DNA of 64,000 bases from Tubiluchus corallicola (lineage: Eukaryota; Animalia; Priapulida): NCBI GenBank assembly GCA_030141605.1, contig JAQGDQ010000269.1:1-64000 (forward strand), given 5' to 3'. The notes below the pieces were generated by a model. That model was not told where the DNA came from and made no database searches. It was given only the letters and a program-made list of their open reading frames with translations. Of this stretch, positions 26,406-39,062 are shown piece after piece. The position numbers and the translations under genes are program-made. Positions within the stretch are counted from its first letter, which is position 1, and each line of letters starts with the position of its first letter.

Positions 26406-27869
26406 CACTGAACAATTTGCACATAACTCGGAAAATTACTTTGTTTTCACAATTTTTGAGTTCATGTAGCTTCATTCTTAAACCGTGCGACTAAAATACA
26501 TATCAAAATAAGTATAATTTGTGCATAATATAAGAAAAAATGCACATTTTAAGTCATTTAGTTCCTGAGATTATGATAGCGTAAGTTCATTACTAGGTAT
26601 TTTATTAAACCCATAAGTGTCTTAAATTGATTAAATCTTCCTTACAAACTGAGTAGCCCAAGCATTGAGTCCCATTCAAGGCACTCAAATTTGAGTGTTT
26701 TGGATTTTCTTTAAAAGGTACTGACATCATAACAATTTTCAAGAGACAACCTGCTTGTCTATTACATGGATGTATTTACACGTCAAGCAAAAATAATTTG
26801 GTTCCTGTATTTATACAGCTAGAATAATATTTCCATAACTACTCGTAGCTCCTGCTTGCAGCTATAGAACAAACTAAACGCCAATCGCAATCTTTCCCAC
26901 TGAGGACTGCCATATTAAATTAATGAGTCTTGAAAATTGGAAATAATGGTGGCATAAAATGAGCGAACCATTAACATGCGCGTATGTGAGAATTAGTCTT
27001 GACATTGAATAATAAGATAAAATTAATGTGGCAGCGGATTGCCATTGCTGTAAATAAAATGAACATGTCCGTCTTTTGTCAGACTTTTAGACGAGAAACG
27101 CAACAAGCGACTTAGCCTTGATGTCAGTGCCGGTGTAAAGGTCAAATTAACCCCTGTCTAGATTAAACCCAGATATTGTTTGGCCCAGGCCAAAGTATAC
27201 CCGGGGTGTAAAATATCCCAGATCAGGCTAAATCCTCCAGACCAAAATATACCTCTCTTGTGTGTTATGACTTTTATCGCAATATGAACAGTCAAGTTAA
27301 TTGAACATTACGTTACAATTGCATTATGTTGTTTTTGGTAAGTGCTTTTCTTTTAATGCGTAAACACTACTGAGAAGCGTGGTAGTAATCTTTAACCTTT
27401 GTGGAGTCTAATATTTTTACTGATTGTGGTTTAGCTGGTTGAAGTAATAAAAGTCCATGTGTTCAGAGTTACGGTCTTATTTCAGGATTTAAGTCAGTTA
27501 GCTCTCTCACTTAATTTACCTGAGAAAGTTGTAATCACAATAAAATGTTTATGTTTAAAAATTGAATAAATTCTTGTGTATATCAGTAATTTATTTATTG
27601 TAACTTGTACGTATTATATTTGATACTTCAAAAATATATTTTGATTTTGTAAATATCAGAATATCTCTTCTCTTTTTGTTGTGATAGACTTGCACCCACC
27701 TATGTAGGCCTAATGTTACCATTATGTTGTAAAAGTTGAATAAACTGATTTGAAGAATCCAACATTTATGCATTTATTATTTGTCACTGAGTGCCGGAGC
27801 CTCAAAGTATCTGTAGCCCAGGGGCCTACAAAATCAAAATCCGGCCAGTGCCTGATGTTCCTTAATGGA

Positions 27870-28365
27870 AGGTAAAATGTTAGATTTATTCAAAGCGAGT
27901 CAACCACGACAGCAAATGTGTCACTCAAGCTAATTTTACCAAGCGCCAATTTTGGAGCATAAACCAGTGTCCATTTGTAAAAGCAGCTAACATGTTAAAT
28001 CAACGTCAAACGGCAACGTCCAACATCAAATGGTAAATGTATGAAAATTCTATTGATTTTATTTAAAATCTATTGTAAAGAAATTCTAGCCACGACAGCA
28101 AATTTGTCACTTAAGTTAATTTACCAAGAGCCAGTTTTGGGTAAAACCAATTTTCATTTTGGCAAACGTATAAGACATTTTAAAATGCTAAAGTAGACTA
28201 GTTAAAATGTTAGATTAACGTCCATCATGGTAAATGTATGAAAATTCTAACGTAAAGCTATTCTAGCCACGACAGCAAATTTGTCATCTACGTTAATTTT
28301 ACCAAGCGCCAATTTTGGCATAAACCAATGCCAATTTCGTAAATCTATCAGACGTTTAAAAATCC
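27870..28365. repeat. Three diverged ~180-bp tandem units
   Basis: CCACGACAGCAAATNTGTCA...TTACCAAG(C/A)GCCA at ~27904, ~28090 and ~28267; ATGGTAAATGTATGAAAATTCTA occurs twice. Confidence 0.85.
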
Positions 28366-29327
28366 TATTGTGAAGCTCGCTTAAAGTGTTCAATAGATTA
28401 TTTTTTATTCTTATTTTTTTACTAAAAACCATTTAGCAGATCAAAGCGTCCAACTTCAGAACGCAAGCTGTCTTATTTTATTTAAAAACATTGCTTGAAG
28501 CGAACACGTGTGCTCTCAAACTCCTCAAACCCTCCTCCAGGCTATTTAAATGCTCATTTGCCAACCATGTGATGAGCGGTTCTAGCAACGACATAGTCTT
28601 ATAGATTGTTCTTGTTGTTTTCCTTTTTCTCCTTCTTCTTTTTTAGTTTTAAGTTTGCCTTCTTATACAAAACCGATTTCTATTTATAAATACTAATACT
28701 GCTCAATAATCATGTATTTTTGCAAATTTCATAAAGAAAGACAAAAATTGTTGAATTATTGACTTAAAACGAAGAAACACCTATTTCTTCAGAGTGAAAA
28801 TCGATGTCAGGCAGGCCTAAATTAACAGTACATTATAGAAACCTATTAGTTCTTTTCTTATCAGGGCTGAATTATGACCTTTTAGGGCCAGTGGGCTAAC
28901 GAAATTATGGGCCATTTCAGACGGAGCCGCTCTCTAACTCGCCCGCACCTGTCTTGAATACTTTTGCTTCTCATATACTTAGGTATATGAGACATTAACG
29001 TAGATTGAAATAAACTTATCGCAAAATCTTTAAATAATTGCAAAATTTTGTCAATAAAAATATTCTATAAGAAATACCAATATTTTACTGTTAATTGCAA
29101 ACCGAATTAGCACATATTTCAACACATCCGTGGTGAAAATACGGATTTTTATCAAATGTTAGTAAAGTTTGAGGGCACAAAGCTTGAGGGCCCCAGGCCT
29201 ATACTAAAATATAGGAAAATTGGACTCTAGCTCTCGTACATGATTCAGAGAATTTGAATGAATGGCATAGTGAATCAGTGAGTGAGTGAATGAGTTAAAT
29301 AGTCAGGCCTACATATTAGAACAGGGC

Positions 29328-29725
29328 AATAAGCCTTTTCGCAGTTCCAGCGATTAATGATGATCGTGAAACGGTCAAAGGTTAAATGTACCAGAGTAAC
29401 GCATTTGTGTACACTTGATTACTACATTACTACAGCCCATGCTATTATAGCAGTACCAGTTTTAACAGCTAGCTAAAACCTTACCTAGTTCATTTTTCTT
29501 GTCCCCAAGCAAGATTCTGCCAGCAATCACTCCATGCACAGACTAATGCATAATTAAGTAAAGTCCACATAAAACAACTGAAGCTACTGAACTGATGCGG
29601 CAGACGACTTTACTTTACTCACACGTCGTGTGACGGTTGTAGTTAAGACGCGTTGCTGTGGTACAATTAACCTTTGACCTACAGCAACTGCGCGTGCTCA
29701 CAACGTAACTATGGAAAGGCTTATT
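29328..29725. mobile_element. MITE with AATAAGCCTTT terminal inverted repeats
   Basis: AATAAGCCTTTTCGCAGTT ... AACTATGGAAAGGCTTATT, plus an inner inverted pair GGTCAAAGGTTAA / TTAACCTTTGACC placed symmetrically. Confidence 0.7.
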
Positions 29726-29852
29726 ATAAACCTACACATTTCACTAAAATAATGTTACTATAACCAGATTTTCATTTAGTGGAACGGCTGTAGTATGCGT
29801 GAGCAATGCTTACAATATTATAAAGTAGAATTGTTTCTGTTCGCAGTATGTG

Positions 29853-29929
29853 ATGACGTCAGAGACCAAGGAGACCAATTTATCACAACAGGATAAGTGT
29901 GCCGGTTGTAGAAATAGAATAAAAGACAG
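29853..29929 (+). CDS. LMO1/3: LIM-domain-only protein (LMO1/LMO3, Beadex-like), first identified coding exon
   Basis: CAG acceptor at 29846, ATG at 29853. Encodes MTSETKETNLSQQDKCAGCRNRIKD(R); GTAAG donor. The frame is open back to the acceptor, so an upstream coding exon cannot be excluded. Confidence 0.88.
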
Positions 29930-30329
29930 GTAAGAATTCAACTTATTACAGTTTTATAACGGAAAAAATGGAAAATGAAAAAATCAGAGTTTTGACTTTT
30001 TTGTATATTGAAGATGCTTCTGTTTCATACATTTATGACAAAGGCAAGCAAACTTTAGCAATGCGTAGCAAAAACAGTCAAACGAACTAAAGAAGTGAAT
30101 GATGGACATGGGACAGACGAGTTGATGGGCGAAAAATAAAGAAAACAGTTACCTATTGTTTGAAAGACGAAGTGACTGAACAAACTATCGAATTATCGTG
30201 CAGATGAGTGAGTGTATGAATAAGTGAGTGAATAAGCAGAAGAACAAATAAACTAATAAACAAAAGAATGAAAAGTCACTGAACAATAGGCGAGCATGCA
30301 AAAAAAGCAAGCAAACAAACAAACTACCG

Positions 30330-30536
30330 CTGACTGACTGACTGACTGACTGACTGACTAACCCACTCACTCACTCATTCACTCACTCACTGACTCACTG
30401 ATTCTGACTGACTCTGACTGACTGACTGACTGACTGACTGACTGACTGACTGACTGACTGACCGACCGACCGACCGACCGACCGACAGACAGACAGACAG
30501 ACAGGCAGACAGACCGACTGACTGACTGACCGACTA
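30330..30536. repeat. Compound tetranucleotide tract (ACTG/ACTC/ACCG/ACAG)n
   Basis: Seen directly, in the first identified LMO intron. Confidence 0.95.
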
Positions 30537-30725
30537 ACAGAATGGGTAACAAACACACAAGCAAATAAACAAACTAAACACGCAATTAACGAATTAATGC
30601 AAACATACTGTTATCTACGCAGTTTTATCGTTTATTACGTCGGCGTTTGCAAATATTCGGCTTTCCCACGTTTTAGTTTAGTCAAACGTTGAGACGTGGA
30701 TGATGGTTTTCTCGTTTATTTTAAG

Positions 30726-30863
30726 GTATTTTCTCAAAGCTCTTGATCTGAACTGGCACGAGGATTGTCTGAAATGTGCTTGCTGTGACTGCCGCCTGGG
30801 AGAGATCGGAGCGTCTCTTTTCACTAAAGCTAATCTAATACTCTGCAAACGTGATTACCTCAG
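30726..30863 (+). CDS. LMO1/3: LMO coding exon 2 (LIM1)
   Basis: Encodes [46 protein letters not shown], near-identical to LMO1/3 LIM1. AG/GT boundaries, phase 2-2. Confidence 0.96.
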
Positions 30864-31099
30864 GTACGGTTTAGGTTGCCTGGCTGCCAGTCTGATTGCT
30901 TGAGTTCCCGCTCGATTTGCTGCTCGTTGCTGGCGCAGCAACTGCTCCTTTTCCAGCCATTTGTACAGCTTGACATACTACAAGTATTCAGGTATTCAAG
31001 TAGGTACTAAACGACAAAGTCTACTACTAATGCAGTGTCGTGATAGTGGGACCAGAACCTAGATTTCAAGTCTTAATTGCCTAAGATGCAACATTGAAC

Positions 31100-31450
31100 T
31101 CACCTATCTACCTAGCTATCTACCTGTGTGTCTACATAACTGCCTGCCTACTTACCTAGTAGCCTATCCGACTGTCCCTACCTACCTACCTACTTACCTA
31201 CCTGCCTACCTGTCAACCTACCTACCAACCTAGCTACTTACCTACCTACCTACCTACCTACCTACCTACCTACCTACCTACCTACCTACCTACCTTCGTA
31301 CTTACCTACCTACCTACCTACCAATTTACTTACCTAGCTATCTATCTGCCTGCCAACTAGCCACCTACCTACCTAGCTATCTACTTACCTGCGTATCTGC
31401 CCACCTAATTACTTGCCTAACATATGTAACCTGCTCGCCTAGCTACCTGC
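31100..31450. repeat. (CTAC)n microsatellite with degenerate flanks
   Basis: Seen directly. Confidence 0.93.
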
Positions 31451-32366
31451 ATATCTGCATACATATCTAGTACCAACTATATCAAACAAAATTTAAATCA
31501 CAATGCACGGGTTATACTTTCTATCATAAGAATGACCTATGGAAAAATTCATCTTACAGGGAAAGTTCACATTGAGACTAATATCTCGCCGACTACACTA
31601 TGTTAATTTCTTGGAATTCACGCTTACCAAGCGCTACGTCTAGTTTTCAAAATTGACGATACAGTTTTCCATATCGCTATCACTTACTCTACTATTTAAT
31701 AACTTAGGCTGCATTAGCTTCGCAGTTCATATGCTAAAGAACATAGTTCACAGTGAAACTGATATCCCTTATAGACTTGTGGTTCTTTCAAAGGCGCTGA
31801 TTATTTTTCTTGAATTCCTGCAAAGCCATAAGTTAATGTGAATCAAAAGCGCCGTCTGACACACACAAACAAACCGTGTTACTGTTTTTTTTTCAAGTCA
31901 TCATTTCTCCTTGGATTTTGAGAAAGACTGATAATGTCTCACAGCAAATGCACACTTCTGAGATAGAATAAATATTGACCAACGATATTTGTTGAAAATT
32001 AGTGTCAGGAATTTTTTGTTGGAGTTAAATCTTGAATACAATATATTGCGTGCAGACGTGTGTTTGCGTTAGGTGTATTATAAATTCATATTCAGAAACC
32101 AGCTTTGCTAATTATATGCTATTCTGTATGAGTGATTACAGCCAGTGTTTGATTTTAATCCTTTGTTATAGTTGACATACCAAAATCATAAAACGCGCTT
32201 GTTTCATAAAAATTTCGTGGCTGTCTTTCCTTAGAATTTCGTGGCTGTCTTTCCTTAATAAAAAATGCCACAGCCAAATATTGTATCGTATACAGCTTGC
32301 ACTGTTTGTGCTACTGACAAGTGACAAGCAGTTTAGAAAAAAAAATCATGCTATCTAAAATCTATC

Positions 32367-32679
32367 TGTATTTAAAATTAAAACGCAAAAAAAGTTTTTC
32401 TCCGTGGTATTCCTTACCAAAAAAAATCTATGCTAAGATAAGAAAATAAGAATGTTTATTTCACAGTACATAACAGCAATACTATGCATACAAAAATGGT
32501 CTCACTTTACATATAAATTGGATAACATTGTGAGGGCGAGACCATTTTTGTATGCATACTGAAATGCAGTTGTTATGCATTTTGAAATAAACATTCTGAT
32601 CTCTTATCTTATCATAGATTTTTTCTGGTAAGGAATGCCATGGAGAAAAACTTTTTATTGCATTTTAATTTTAAATACA
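32367..32679. repeat. Long inverted repeat / foldback element
   Basis: Arms of ~145 bp: TGTATTTAAAATTAAAA..AAGTTTTTCTCC..ATTCCTTACCA..GAATGTTTATTTCA..TATGCATACAAAAATGGTCTC, mirrored in reverse complement around a ~20-bp loop. Confidence 0.92.
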
Positions 32680-33349
32680 AATGACAATTATTTACTTACT
32701 TTAAAACTGTTTTGATTTTAAACACAAAATTAAAATTGTGTAATCAATGCGTTAAAAATGTTTGGTATGTGTCACTGTGCCTTTTTTATGTGCTTGCTCA
32801 ACCTAACTTTAGAACATGGCTACGACCCTGTGCTTTTTCTGCAACACTGTGAAGTGAAGACTCCACCATTTTTGTATGGAAATTGGACTTAAATGACGGT
32901 ATTGTTCCTGGAAATAGTAGCGCAAGCAGTCATAACACAGTACACAGCTAACTGGGAGGAGGATATTGAACTAGAATTAGTTCATTTTTCAAAAAGTTAA
33001 CGAAACTGGGAACTTGAATTAATTCCATTTGTTACAGAAGAACTTGGAACTAAAGCTACTTCGGACCTAGAGTGTTTTACTTTTCTTTTACATTGTTATC
33101 TTTACTTTCTTTTGGCACTACAGAAAAAGCAATTTTTTGTGAAGAATATCTACAAGGTACCAGCCTTAAAGGACTAGAAAAGGGGTATCTGAAGTAGGTT
33201 TCAGAAAAATCGCCTTAAAAATTGTATTTTTTTCTTTATAGCATTTTTATGCAAATATCGTACTCGCGTTGAAAGGAATTTTTGTTTGTTCTCATTTTAA
33301 ATCTTCCGCAATAATGTTCCAACGATACATGGCGTCACTTACGCAAACG

Positions 33350-33870
33350 TAAATCAGGGGAAGAAAAAGAAATGTTAAACTATTATGTCCCAAAAAACTT
33401 TCCATGCAAATCCATATTACTTGGCATTTTGCTTAAATGCTGAAAAGAGTTATGTAACTAGAAATAATAATTTAAAATGTTCGTTCTAATTGGCAAAATG
33501 TTGCTGGCTCACCCTCCAGGACGCGCAACTCACTAACCAAAAACCTATTTGGAATCTTATTGACAAGATGCAGTAATTTAAAATTTTACTTAGTTAGTAA
33601 CATGTGTGCTACGAATGTTCTGATTATTTTCTCAAAGTTTACTCAGTGTTATCTAAACTTGTTTCAAACGACCTACCATCAAAATGGCTGCGTGTAACGA
33701 TCATTGCCGGAGTTTAAATTTACAAGTTTTATACAGCGTTACTGCCGACGCAAGCCCTGCATGCAAAAGACAGTATATAAGTGCTATAAAATTTCAAGAC
33801 GAATTTTTAAGCTTTGTATAACTGGAGGGTTTTCGTGTGCTTCAAATCGTTTACCATGGCTGGTTCATTC
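33350..33870 (+). mobile_element. Dispersed ~500-bp non-autonomous DNA element, copy 1 of 4
   Basis: Shares TGTTATCTAAACTTGTTTC, TACGAATGTTCT, AATCTTATTGACAAGAT and CCCAAAAACTTTCC with ~37008-37465, ~50225-50637 (-) and ~59414-59905. Confidence 0.8.
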
Positions 33871-34019
33871 TGTGTATAACAAATAGAAAATAATGCAGTG
33901 ATACGGAGCTGAGCTAAGTTTCTTTTCGTGCAACTTAGAACTGAATTTAAAGTAATTCCTTTCTAAAACGTTAAATGAATTAGAAAGTTCGACTAGTTTC
34001 TTTTTCTCAGGAAATGGAA

Positions 34020-34425
34020 ATTAATAATAACAATGATAGTAAATTTATTTTTAAATGCCTAACACAATGTGTCTCAAAGCGCTTTACAACAGTTGAGAAA
34101 AATGTTACAACTACAAAATTAAAACTTGAAAAAAATCACAAACTCCAACAAATAATCAAACTTTGCACTGTACTTAGAATTATTGAAATTGAATGGATTC
34201 ATTGAGAGAATGACAATGACATACCAAAATTAGAGAAACCGTCTTAGAATATCTTTGCTAAAATTAATAAATTTGTCATTAATAGTTACGCAAAATTAAA
34301 GTTAAAAAATAGTTATTTAAACATCAAAGAGACGGGTTTTTAAGTGTTTCCGAAAAAGTGTAAAATCATTAATACATCGTAATGTGTCATTGAAGAGGTC
34401 TTTCGACAACTTTGGCCCGCAGACT
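34020..34425 (-). mobile_element. L2-type LINE 3' end
   Basis: Minus strand encodes VCGPKL...LRCINDFTLFRKHLKTRLF, followed by the 3' terminus TGTAAAGCGCTTTGAG...AAATAAA and an (ATT)-like tail typical of L2. Confidence 0.75.
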
Positions 34426-34652
34426 ATATTGCCGAAATTGAAACTAGTTCCCAGAAGTGAGGAATTTTTCAACCGTCGCTGTTTCCCCTATTAGTTTGAA
34501 CTTTAGGAACTAATTTTGGAGAGAATGGCTGAAAACTGAGACAAATCTATAGCTGAATGCAATAGAGATAACGTCCTCTCAGCCAATCTACCTGCAGATT
34601 TTGCAGCAAAACGAAACCTAAAACTGAAACCATTTTCTTTGCGCAATGACAG

Positions 34653-34778
34653 GTTATTTGGCACAACGGGATCGTGTGCAGCGTGTGACAAGGTCATTCC
34701 GGCTTTTGAAATGGTGATGAGAGCCAAAGAACATGTCTATCACATGGAATGCTTCGCATGTCAAGCTTGCAATCATAG
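34653..34778 (+). CDS. LMO1/3: LMO coding exon 3 (LIM2, N-terminal half)
   Basis: Encodes [45 protein letters not shown] acceptor, GTATG donor, phase 2-2. Confidence 0.96.
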
Positions 34779-35069
34779 GTATGCGAGTAGTATGTTAGAG
34801 TTGAGTAGGAGTCTTCTTCCTGCTTCGTTTTAGTTTGTCTTCTTGAAGTCACTTTTGCAAGGTATGCCTAATCTCTGGAGAGGCGCAGAGAAAAAGCCTA
34901 GGCCTTAACCACTAACAGGCGTTCTTTGCCTATGACAGGCGTTCTTTGCCTACTGCGTGCAATCGCGCGTATGTATGACATCATTGAAGTGACCCGCCAG
35001 TCATTACTTTTGATTGTTTTTTACATTCAAGTGATAAAATCATAACAGTGAATCTATATGACACTGCTC

Positions 35070-35364
<295 letters not shown>

Positions 35365-35552
35365 TAGAAGACGAGGACGTGTGAAATTTTTCTTATTCGA
35401 TTCTTCTTTGTTGCACTAGCATTACTGAAACACGTTATTTTGCCCAACGTTAGGAAAACTTCTACACTTCTGATTTGGTGACTTCCAGAATGCAAGATAT
35501 AATTTTGCAACATAACAGTGATAGAAGATTACTATTGCACTGTTCTCTTAAA

Positions 35553-35638
35553 CATCATCATCATCATCATCGTCGTCGTCATCATCAAGATAGGTAAACA
35601 CAGCAATTAATCCATCAAAAAATTAGACACTACTATGC
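35553..35638 (-). mobile_element. (GAT)n-ended short repeat, truncated inverted copy
   Basis: (CAT)n followed by CAAGATAGGTAAACACAGCAA..TCCA..AAAAATTAGACACTACTATGC, the reverse complement of 9151-9202. Confidence 0.7.
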
Positions 35639-36019
35639 TACCAGCTGTGTGATGTTTGTCATTTTGATTGGTTAAGTGTATAACATGTGCCTTTTATCCA
35701 ATGGCGCGCCTGAATTAGTGTTATACGTAACCAACTGCCAAGCACACTTATCCGCACTTGTTATACAATTAATTAATAAAAAATGCTTTGAGCTGATACA
35801 AAAATCGTGCAGTATATATAGAAGTTTTTGAATATACTGCAAAGTTATACGTATCTTGCGTTATAACCAATCGGAAGTGTTTGGACAACGTTTTTTGGTA
35901 TCACATGACATTACGAGGCGAACTTACTGTGGTGGCTTATAAAATAGATTTAGCGTCTTCTAATTTTAAAGCATTACAACTGAAAACGCATAATTTAACT
36001 ATTTTATCTCCTGTTTTAG

Positions 36020-36191
36020 GTTTTGCGTCGGAGATAAATTTTATCTGAGCAACAAACAGATTTTGTGCGAGTATGACTATGAAGAAGAATTAGTATTGCG
36101 AAAACATTTCATGTCAAAAAATGGACTAAACCCGTTCTATTTACCGCAGCTTTCAGCGGAACAAGACAAAACGCATGCTCCGCACCAATGA
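36020..36191 (+). CDS. LMO1/3: LMO last coding exon (end of LIM2 and tail)
   Basis: TTTTAG acceptor. Encodes FCVGDKFYLSNKQILCEYDYEEELVLRKHF...APHQ* with TGA at 36189-36191. Joined CDS is 513 nt (170 aa). Confidence 0.94.
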
Positions 36192-37007
36192 GACGGGCAA
36201 ACTTTGACAGTGAAATTAAATTCATGTATGTGAGTGTCACATGTAATTATGTTAATAATTAACTTAATATCGTAGACCTTTGTCATATGCTGGCTGTAAT
36301 ATTACGCAAGGCATTCAAAAGCTTTATTTACTAATCTACACTTTAATTACTACAAAATTTCACCCTAAATTATTACTTGGTTGGTAGGATCTAAACAGAA
36401 TTAGCTATAGCTCGACAAAAAAACAAAACAGAAAATAGGCTTATTCTGTAAACCTATTTGCAATTTTTTACAGGCTACGCTTAAATTTTTTGGTATACAA
36501 CATTTAATTACGTCAATAATTATCTTGATATCGTATATCGTTTGTCATATGGTGGATGTGATTACTATGTACATCCATAGGTACAAATGTATTGTATAGC
36601 TTGTATTATTGTGGCCCTTGTGAAACCAAATTCTAATGTAAATGATAGGAATTTATTTGCGTAGTTTTTCTGTACATACGCACCAAATGTGAATTGGGCC
36701 TACTCAGTTTGAAGTTTTAAAGTATACTAGAAAGCACACATAGACTTAAATAAATTAGCTTACGTACTTTAATAATATTTATATTTATTATGTATATAAT
36801 TGAATCTATTACATTGAGTATGTACATATGTTTATGTTATTATGCATCAACTGAAAGACTGGTGTTCGTCTGTATGAACCAACTATATTGAATTTTAAAG
36901 GTATAAATCTATTAGACGTCAACTGAAAACAATTTTAAAAGGTGCAATTTTGCATGATTTAACTGTAACCGATGTAAAGTGCACTAAAAATGTATCATGA
37001 AAAATCC

Positions 37008-37465
37008 CATAAGAAGCAGAAAAGGCAATTTTGCAGCTTCTCCCAAAAACTTTCCTCATAAAGTTATATTTCTTAACATTATCTTACCTGCTTGAAAGGC
37101 TTATTATGTAACTAGAAAAGAAAATTCATTAATAATTTAAAATGTTCGCGGCAACTGATAACTGACTCACCTTCCTACTAATTCATCAAAAAACATATTG
37201 TTAATCTTATTGACAAGATACAATATTTTATACTTTGGCTTTGGTTAGTGAAGAATTTACTACGAATGTTCTCATTATTTTTTCAAAATTTACACAATGT
37301 TATCTAAACTTGTTTCTTGAAAACGACTTATCGTCAAAATTGCTACGCTTAACAGTCATCGCGAGAGCTTAAATTTACAAATTTTTATACAGCGTTACTT
37401 TAATACCAATGTAATACAAAATTTCAGATGATTTTTTTAGCTTTATGTAAGTAAAGGGCTTTCAT
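37008..37465 (+). mobile_element. Dispersed ~500-bp DNA element, copy 2
   Basis: Same conserved blocks as 33350-33870. Confidence 0.75.
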
Positions 37466-38606
37466 GTGCTTTAAGAAAAAAAGAAGTGAACCCGACGTTT
37501 CAAACTGCCACAGTGCTTATACTATCGGGTGAAATTAAAAAAGGGAAACGATCACATACAATTACGAAATGCTAACTTTGGGGGTTTTTATATTATTAAC
37601 GTAACTAAACCAAAAAAATTCTTAAAAAAGCATACCATCAGAAGAAAAAAAGCACAGAAACATTGTAAATGTACACACTAAAAGAGAATAATACAGTGTA
37701 CTTCAAGAGAATAAGTGTTAAATTACTGGTCTCAATCAGAGTATTTTAGAGTGAGATCCAAAACTTAAAACAACAATAAAAAATAACAATTAGCAATATT
37801 ATGCGATTTTTTCCTTGTTTAATCTTTCGCTTGATGATAAACTACAGTAGTGGCTTGAAACGTCGTCTTTCCTCTTTTTTCTTACTGGTGGGATCTTTCA
37901 TTAATTGTACGGCAGTTCTTGACATTAAGAATTAAATATGTTTTATAGCGAAATGTGTCTGTGAATTTGTGACAAATTTCATAGCAGTTTTATGGTATAA
38001 GTAATTTTATGCACATCACGTTATCGATTATATAAATGTTCTTTTTGAGCGTATTCCACTATCATTGTACCATACTCGTAGTATCAACGTAATAATAATG
38101 ATGCTGATATTTCAATTATGTAAGTTTAAATTGATTTCTCTCTATCTGCCTACACACTGTTAGTGAATCTAATGTTACACCCTGCTGTAATTTATACTGC
38201 ACGGGAAATTTGCGCGCGTAATTGTGATTTCACGATTAAATGATCAAATTCAACAGTTGCCCGGTAATTCAATAAGGCGTTGTTACGAAAAGGAAATTGT
38301 ATACCCTTCAGCGTTGTGCATAAATAAATTATTTATTATATGGAAACGTGTTAATGTCTATTATTCTTATGCATATACAATCAGGCCCGTCGATTGCCCT
38401 TAAGGATGAAACGTCACTTGGGTTCTTCAGTTTGCTGTGTGCATAATGGAGATGTAGCGATAACCGCGCAGTACAGAAACCCGATTTTTTTTAAGAAAGG
38501 AAATGAACCACCAGGATGTCCGACTGGGCTGGAAAACGCCTGGAAATACTTGGACTTTGGTATCTTGCGACTCACTCTCTTAGCAGGGAGGGGATGCTAA
38601 AACTAA

Positions 38607-39062
38607 CGGGGCGTTCAGACTAGAGTTTTCTCTCGCAACTTCTCTCTGAGAGTAAAGTAACAAATGTGAACGAGTTAGTAAGTTCTTGCGCAAGTTAACT
38701 ATGAGCAAATCTCGAAGAGTTTGCAATAACTTCCGAGAGAACTTGCCAAGTGGTCCACGCTCGCAAGTTTACTCTCAGAAAGAACTTGCCAAGTTGTCCA
38801 CACTTGCAAGTTTACTCTCAGAAAGAACTTGCGAAATCGTTCACCCTTGCGAATTTACTCTCAGACAGAACTTGCCTAGTGGTTCGTTCACACTTGTGAG
38901 TTTACTCTCAGACAGAACTTGCCAAGTAGCTCACGCTTGCAAGTTTACTGTCAGAGAGAACTTGCGCAAGAACATACCCAAGCGTTCACACTTGCGAGTT
39001 TACTCTCAGAAAGAACTTGCTTAAGAACTTCCGAGAGCAAACTCTCTAGTTTGAACGCACCG
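38607..39062. mobile_element. PIF/Harbinger-like MITE with internal ~43-bp tandem array
   Basis: TIRs CGGGGCGTTCAGACTAGAG / rc CGGTGCGTTCAAACTAGAG, with TAA on both flanks (38604-38606, 39063-39065). About 6 internal units CACRCTTGCRAGTTTACTCTCAGAMAGAACTTGC. Confidence 0.85.

Noticed and set aside
38735-39025. CRISPR-like repeat/spacer appearance
   Set aside because: Linkers are short and related to each other, the array sits inside TIRs with a TSD, the DNA is eukaryotic and there are no cas genes.
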